The notes beneath the pieces are model-generated. The model searched no databases. It saw only the letters and a program-made list of their open reading frames with translations, and was not told the DNA's origin. Position numbers and translations under genes: made by a program. 10,282 nucleotides of DNA from Candidatus Hermodarchaeota archaeon (lineage in GTDB: Archaea > Asgardarchaeota > Hermodarchaeia > Hermodarchaeales > Hermodarchaeaceae): assembly GCA_016840065.1 (NCBI GenBank), contig JAEOTB010000074.1, positions 1 through 10,282 of the forward strand, read 5' to 3'. Positions within the stretch are counted from its first letter, which is position 1, and the number at the start of each line of letters is the position of its first letter. This document shows, piece after piece, positions 6,782 through 10,282 of the stretch.

Positions 6782-7846
6782 TCATTCAGTCCAATATACC
6801 CATCCTTCTGGTTCTTTCGTCCGGTTAAGTTTGCCCTTCTTGATTCTCCGCATCAAGGTGGTGTAAATTACGCTCCATCGACCCTTTGAGCGCTTGTCCT
6901 GCTCTGCCAAGGCTGCTTCAATCTCTTCGCGGGTGCGTCGATGAGGAGGTCTAAAGAATCCATTTCTGATTAAACCATCCACAGCTTCCCTTGGAGACCA
7001 AGGTTTGGGGGCTGCTGCAACGATTGCTTTGAGCTCCTTCAAAGCGGCTTTGGCACGGGCCTTGATTTCTTCAAAGTGAAGACCTACAATCTCGATGTTT
7101 TCGATATCCCCTTCACCGAGACCCCGCTTCACGAACTCCTGTAAAATAACTAGTTTCTCGGGCTTGAAACCAGCTAGCGTAACTCCAACAGTTTCCACGG
7201 CAACCGCGTCTCTACCAACTATCAAGATATTCATTGGGACGCGCAGGTTACCATATTTCCAGTAAAGGTGTGTTCCATCAATCACTGATAGATCAATGCC
7301 ACCGATTGCTTCAAAGAGATCAGAGAAGATTGAACGAAAGATTTCCCTCTTGTGATACTGTCTCTTCTGCTTGGCTGGTGGTAATCCGAACAGGTTCTTC
7401 AGAACCATTCCGTGCTGGAATGTTCGCAATACGTGTGTGCTCACAAAGACATTCGGTTTGAAGAGGATGTGGGAAAGCTCGACAGACAAGTCCCCTTCAT
7501 CCTTTGCTATTCTCACAATTCGTGTGTCAGTATCTTCAGACAGATTGAAGGGAATCACTCGCTCCGTAAACAAGGCTTTCCAAAGCTGAAGTCGTTCAGA
7601 TCCAGTTGCTTGGTAATTATCAGATTCTGCTAAGTATATTTTCGGCGATTCGCTAAACCCTTCGATAATCGAGCCAACTACTTCTACCGAGGAATACTGC
7701 TGTGAGCGAGGATAGAAAACGCCCACTTTGATAGTGACATCTCTCTCGGGTTTGTTCAGTTCACCAATCCCTCCTAGTAGGTGGAGGGCTTTCTGCATAG
7801 ATTCGGAAACATCTCCGTTGAACTCGACGATTGCTACTTTCGTCAT
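6782..7846 (-). CDS. DUF362 domain protein with C-terminal winged-helix-like domain
   Basis: DUF362-type motifs: KVAIV..ALxLLGG, V.IK, LAES, LKNLFG, IDG, G.DAVAVE, GLGEGD.ENIEIVG. The last ~70 aa (LIRNGFF..RTREEIEAAL..IYTTLMRRIKKGKLNRTK...WVY) look like a wHTH. ATG 7846 has AGGTGA upstream; the ORF track starts at 7864. Confidence 0.82.
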   Translation of the reverse strand: MTKVAIVEFNGDVSESMQKALHLLGGIGELNKPERDVTIKVGVFYPRSQQYSSVEVVGSIIEGFSESPKIYLAESDNYQATGSERLQLWKALFTERVIPFNLSEDTDTRIVRIAKDEGDLSVELSHILFKPNVFVSTHVLRTFQHGMVLKNLFGLPPAKQKRQYHKREIFRSIFSDLFEAIGGIDLSVIDGTHLYWKYGNLRVPMNILIVGRDAVAVETVGVTLAGFKPEKLVILQEFVKRGLGEGDIENIEIVGLHFEEIKARAKAALKELKAIVAAAPKPWSPREAVDGLIRNGFFRPPHRRTREEIEAALAEQDKRSKGRWSVIYTTLMRRIKKGKLNRTKEPEGWVYWTE

Positions 7847-7897
7847 CTCATCACCTTTCATCATACAACTCGGTGAACACTGACCCCCTTCGAACAG

Positions 7898-7913
7898 TAT
7901 ATAAGAATTCTTA
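7898..7913 (-). promoter_or_regulatory. TATA box (TTATATA) of the DUF362-wHTH gene overlapped by a perfect 12-bp palindrome TAAGAATTCTTA
   Basis: Minus-strand TTATATA at 7904-7898; palindrome at 7902-7913. Confidence 0.55.
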
Positions 7914-8025
7914 GAGCTAGTTCGTTAACTGTAACATTTTAAAACCTTAAGAGCACAGTGTGAACTAGGTTTCTAGGACGGATTTTCAAAATTAGGTGCA
8001 ACTAAAGTTACTGTTGGCTGATAAT

Positions 8026-8059
8026 AAAAAAGAGGGTGAGGAAGAGCTAGCTCTTCCTC
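8026..8059 (-). terminator. Hairpin plus U-tract terminator of the HTH-bPH operon
   Basis: Perfect 22-bp palindrome GAGGAAGAGCTAGCTCTTCCTC (8038-8059), 8 nt after the stop of the 8068-8820 gene, followed on the minus strand by ACCCTCTTTTTT. Confidence 0.7.
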
Positions 8060-8067
8060 TTCGAGTT

Positions 8068-8820
8068 CTAACGGGAGACTGCTTGGTTTATTTTTCGGGA
8101 GATTTCTGCTAGATGGTCGCGCATCTCACGGAGAGTCCAAAGGATTTCATCATCTAGTGAATCTGGAAGCTTGGGGATGGGTTTCTCAGTTCGGTGTGAT
8201 GCTTCTGTTCCAGTTACATAGGGGAGGCGGAACTTCCTTAGTTCCTGAAGGATGAAGTCTCGCAACTCTTCGTAGAATTCGCAGCCCTCAAGTTTCTCTT
8301 CTGGACCACCTTTTTGACCTGATCTGCCAGCAGTTTCAATGTTGATATTCCCGATGCCAAAAAGCCGGTCGAAGGGTCCTGCCGTAGTACTGATATTAGT
8401 GATTGTACGGAATGGTACGTGTTTTCTAGAAACACTAAGGATTCCCTTTTGGACATAGACTTCGGGCATCGCATCACCGGATTCAGCAATCACGGAATAC
8501 TCAATGCTATTGACGTACATGGTGGTGAACACGATTCCTCCAACCGTCCAGATTATGATGAATGCCAGTAACCCAGTGGTTACCGGGGCCCACCAAACTT
8601 CTGGAAACATGATGGAGGAAGGGGTTTCGTCAAAGAAAAGTATCATTGAGGACATTCCCCAAACGCTAAAGAAGATGCAACCTGCGATCAGTAACCCTAC
8701 TAGAATCACCTTCAGATATTCCTTATTTCGGAAAGCTGTTGAAGGTTTGAAAACTCGTCCACTAGTAATGCGCTCCCTGGGCGGTTTAATTACCCTCGCT
8801 TCTTCATGTTCTCTACCCAT
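8068..8820 (-). CDS. Membrane protein with bacterial PH domain (bPH_2, YdbS-like)
   Basis: Two N-terminal TM helices, then VYVQKGILS....VPFRTITNI....GPFDRLFGIGNINIETAG, the characteristic bPH_2 pattern. The C-terminal tail looks coiled-coil (DEILWTLREMRDHL). Confidence 0.88.
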   Translation of the reverse strand: MGREHEEARVIKPPRERITSGRVFKPSTAFRNKEYLKVILVGLLIAGCIFFSVWGMSSMILFFDETPSSIMFPEVWWAPVTTGLLAFIIIWTVGGIVFTTMYVNSIEYSVIAESGDAMPEVYVQKGILSVSRKHVPFRTITNISTTAGPFDRLFGIGNINIETAGRSGQKGGPEEKLEGCEFYEELRDFILQELRKFRLPYVTGTEASHRTEKPIPKLPDSLDDEILWTLREMRDHLAEISRKINQAVSR

Positions 8821-9386
8821 TAACTAAAACTCCTTTGATATCTTGGTATTTCCTTGGCGGCAAGTTTGTTGAAGATCGCTGTGGACTGCTCGGTCATGTA
8901 GAGTTCCTCCTCGTCAGGTCTCAACTTGATATCATACTCTTTGATGATTGTGTTGAGTGTCTGTAGGCATTCTTCTTCCTTTGGGCATTGGGGGCAGAGT
9001 TTGCCTGCATAGGAATCATGTTTGTACCAAACAACAATACCGAGTTCCATCGTGTAGCAGATGTATACTTGGGTGTTGGCTTGGAAGTCAAAACCGATGA
9101 GTAGCCCTTGGTAGTCAAGGAGACTTTCTACATCGAGGCGGTGGCTTTTGGCGTGTTCTCGGAGTGTCTTGGCAATCTTCTTTCTTGCTCGGTTTAGGAC
9201 TCGGGAGACATACGAGACAGACCAGCTCTCTTTTGAACTAGCTTGGGCGATGGCGCTGGTTGATGTTCCTTGCTGGAACATTCGCCAGACTTCTTGCTCG
9301 TCATGTGAGAGTAGGCTCATCAATGTCTTCCTCGTATTTGTGTTGCGGCTCATCCCTTGACCATTACTGGTACAGGATTCTGCCAC
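8820..9386 (-). CDS. Putative transcriptional regulator: N-terminal sigma70-region-4/LuxR-like HTH plus C-terminal Cys cluster (CxxCxxxxxC)
   Basis: LS.DEQEVW.M...G.S...IA......SVSYVSRVLNRARKKI fits an HTH; WYKH....LCPQCPKEEEC follows. The stop overlaps the next start (TAATG at 8822-8818). Start uncertain: GTG 9386, ATG 9353 or ATG 9320. Confidence 0.7.
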   Translation of the reverse strand: MAESCTSNGQGMSRNTNTRKTLMSLLSHDEQEVWRMFQQGTSTSAIAQASSKESWSVSYVSRVLNRARKKIAKTLREHAKSHRLDVESLLDYQGLLIGFDFQANTQVYICYTMELGIVVWYKHDSYAGKLCPQCPKEEECLQTLNTIIKEYDIKLRPDEEELYMTEQSTAIFNKLAAKEIPRYQRSFS

Positions 9387-9410
9387 AAGTATACCAAATA
9401 TTAGTAAACA

Positions 9411-9424
9411 TTTATTAACTTTTC
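9411..9424 (-). promoter_or_regulatory. Putative BRE/TATA promoter of the HTH-bPH operon
   Basis: Minus strand GAAAAGTTAATAAA, about 25 nt upstream of GTG 9386, compatible with a leaderless or short-leader transcript. Confidence 0.5.
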
Positions 9425-9525
9425 TGTATCGGCTAAATCAACTCCCCAACAAACAACAGTACACCTAATTTCTCAATATTCAAATACAACCTACAACACA
9501 ACCCTGTCCCAAGTAGGCGTTGACT

Positions 9526-10053
9526 ATGTCGGAATTTCTGCTACTATCCGTATACGGCCGGTTCCTCGAAACCAAAGGCTACCAAGTCCAGCGTCGAGTC
9601 CAACTCGGCGAAGGTGCAGGCCAAGCCGATATGATGGCAACAAAGGACAAAGAGACAGTCCTCGTAGAGGCTAGATGGGTGAAGGAAAAGGGAGACCTCT
9701 TTGAGGCCCTAGCTCGCTGTGTACTAAACAAGCAAGCGATGCCAAAAGCACAACAGGTGCTAGTTCTTGAGAAATCAATCGGAATAGAGAAAATAGGGGC
9801 AGAACTCTATGACCGCTGCTGGGAACATGGAATACGAATCCACATAGTTGACATAAATGGCCGCATGGTCTTCGAGGACACACTGACATGTCATGTCTTT
9901 CCAGGAATCCGGTCCATGCTGAAAAAAGCGAAGAGCCTCCTCAAGAAGGGCTCAGCCTCGGAAAAGAAACACCTTCAAGATCTTCTGGATGCACTGAAAG
10001 ATGTCACCGGACCCTCCACTCTAGTCGCAGACATCAAAACCCTCCTCAAGTAG
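9526..10053 (+). CDS. PD-(D/E)XK (restriction-endonuclease-like) fold protein with C-terminal helical extension
   Basis: SE......FLETKGYQV....L......AD MMATKD..TVLVEAR matches the E..L...GY.V / D / hhhEhK layout of Hjc/YraN/Mrr-like nucleases, with Arg at the Lys position. ATG 9526 is preferred over TTG 9520 because the downstream paralog also starts MSE. Confidence 0.68.
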   Translation: MSEFLLLSVYGRFLETKGYQVQRRVQLGEGAGQADMMATKDKETVLVEARWVKEKGDLFEALARCVLNKQAMPKAQQVLVLEKSIGIEKIGAELYDRCWEHGIRIHIVDINGRMVFEDTLTCHVFPGIRSMLKKAKSLLKKGSASEKKHLQDLLDALKDVTGPSTLVADIKTLLK

Positions 10054-10077
10054 TAGAGAGTTTACAAACAGTGCTAA

Positions 10078-10084
10078 TTTTTTT
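10078..10084 (+). terminator. Oligo-T archaeal-type terminator candidate
   Basis: T7 run 24 nt after the stop at 10053. Confidence 0.4.
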
Positions 10085-10116
10085 CCTTAAATGGGGGTTT
10101 GAATATATTTCCTTTT

Positions 10117-10130
10117 GGAAAGTATAAAAG
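10117..10130 (+). promoter_or_regulatory. Putative BRE/TATA promoter of the second nuclease-like paralog
   Basis: GGAAAGTATAAAAG with TATAAA at 10123-10128, 50 nt upstream of ATG 10179. Confidence 0.55.
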
Positions 10131-10178
10131 GGAAGATGAGTACTAAACAGTGTATAGAATAGACTGGGGCAGAAAAGA

Positions 10179-10282
10179 ATGTCAGAATACCTTCTACTAT
10201 CAGTATACACACGATACCTTGAGACGCAAGGCTATGAGGTAAAACGAAGAGCACCGCTTGATAAGGGGGCAGGTCTCACTGA
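10179..10282 (+). CDS. Second PD-(D/E)XK-fold paralog, 5' fragment; continues beyond the right edge
   Basis: Manual translation MSEYLLLSVYTRYLETQGYEVKRRAPLDKGAGLT is 22/34 identical to the N-terminus of the 9526-10053 protein (MSEFLLLSVYGRFLETKGYQVQRRVQLGEGAGQA). Confidence 0.85.
   Translation, partial: MSEYLLLSVYTRYLETQGYEVKRRAPLDKGAGLT

Noticed and set aside
6074-9360. ORFs 6074-6307, 7234-7461, 7371-7589, 7412-7633, 8238-8489, 8504-8827, 8921-9118, 9148-9360
   Set aside because: They overlap better-supported genes on the opposite strand or in another frame.
9671-10127. ORFs 9671-9889 (-) and 9888-10127 (+)
   Set aside because: They overlap the nuclease-like gene and its terminator/promoter region and show no protein-like features.
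1-10282. CRISPR array, transposase, integrase, rRNA or tRNA genes
   Set aside because: No regularly spaced repeats, recombinase motifs or rRNA/tRNA consensus seen by eye.

Overview
Archaeal-looking window (AGGTGA/GGAGG Shine-Dalgarno motifs, BRE/TATA-like promoters; lineage not determinable here, Asgard/Bathyarchaeia-like content is only an impression). Left to right: the 5' 561 codons of an M1 zinc aminopeptidase missed by the ORF track (minus, runs off the left edge); an ECF-type nickel uptake operon nikM-nikN-nikQ-nikO (CbiMNQO family, minus) divergent from nikR, with a clear 28-bp NikR-type operator between them; an LLM-class (probably F420-dependent) oxidoreductase right behind nikR; a 72-aa orphan; a ~535-bp non-coding gap holding a dense multi-hairpin element (candidate novel structured RNA with a hammerhead-like core); a cysteine-free DUF362 protein fused to a C-terminal winged helix; an HTH/CxxC regulator translationally coupled to a bPH_2 membrane protein; and two tandem paralogous PD-(D/E)XK-fold genes, the second truncated by the right edge. 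Best leads: the structured element at ~6301-6446, the resemblance of the 72-aa orphan to the C-terminal helical domain of the nuclease-like protein, and the DUF362-wHTH fusion with a palindrome over its own TATA box. All assignments come from manual motif reading, not database searches.
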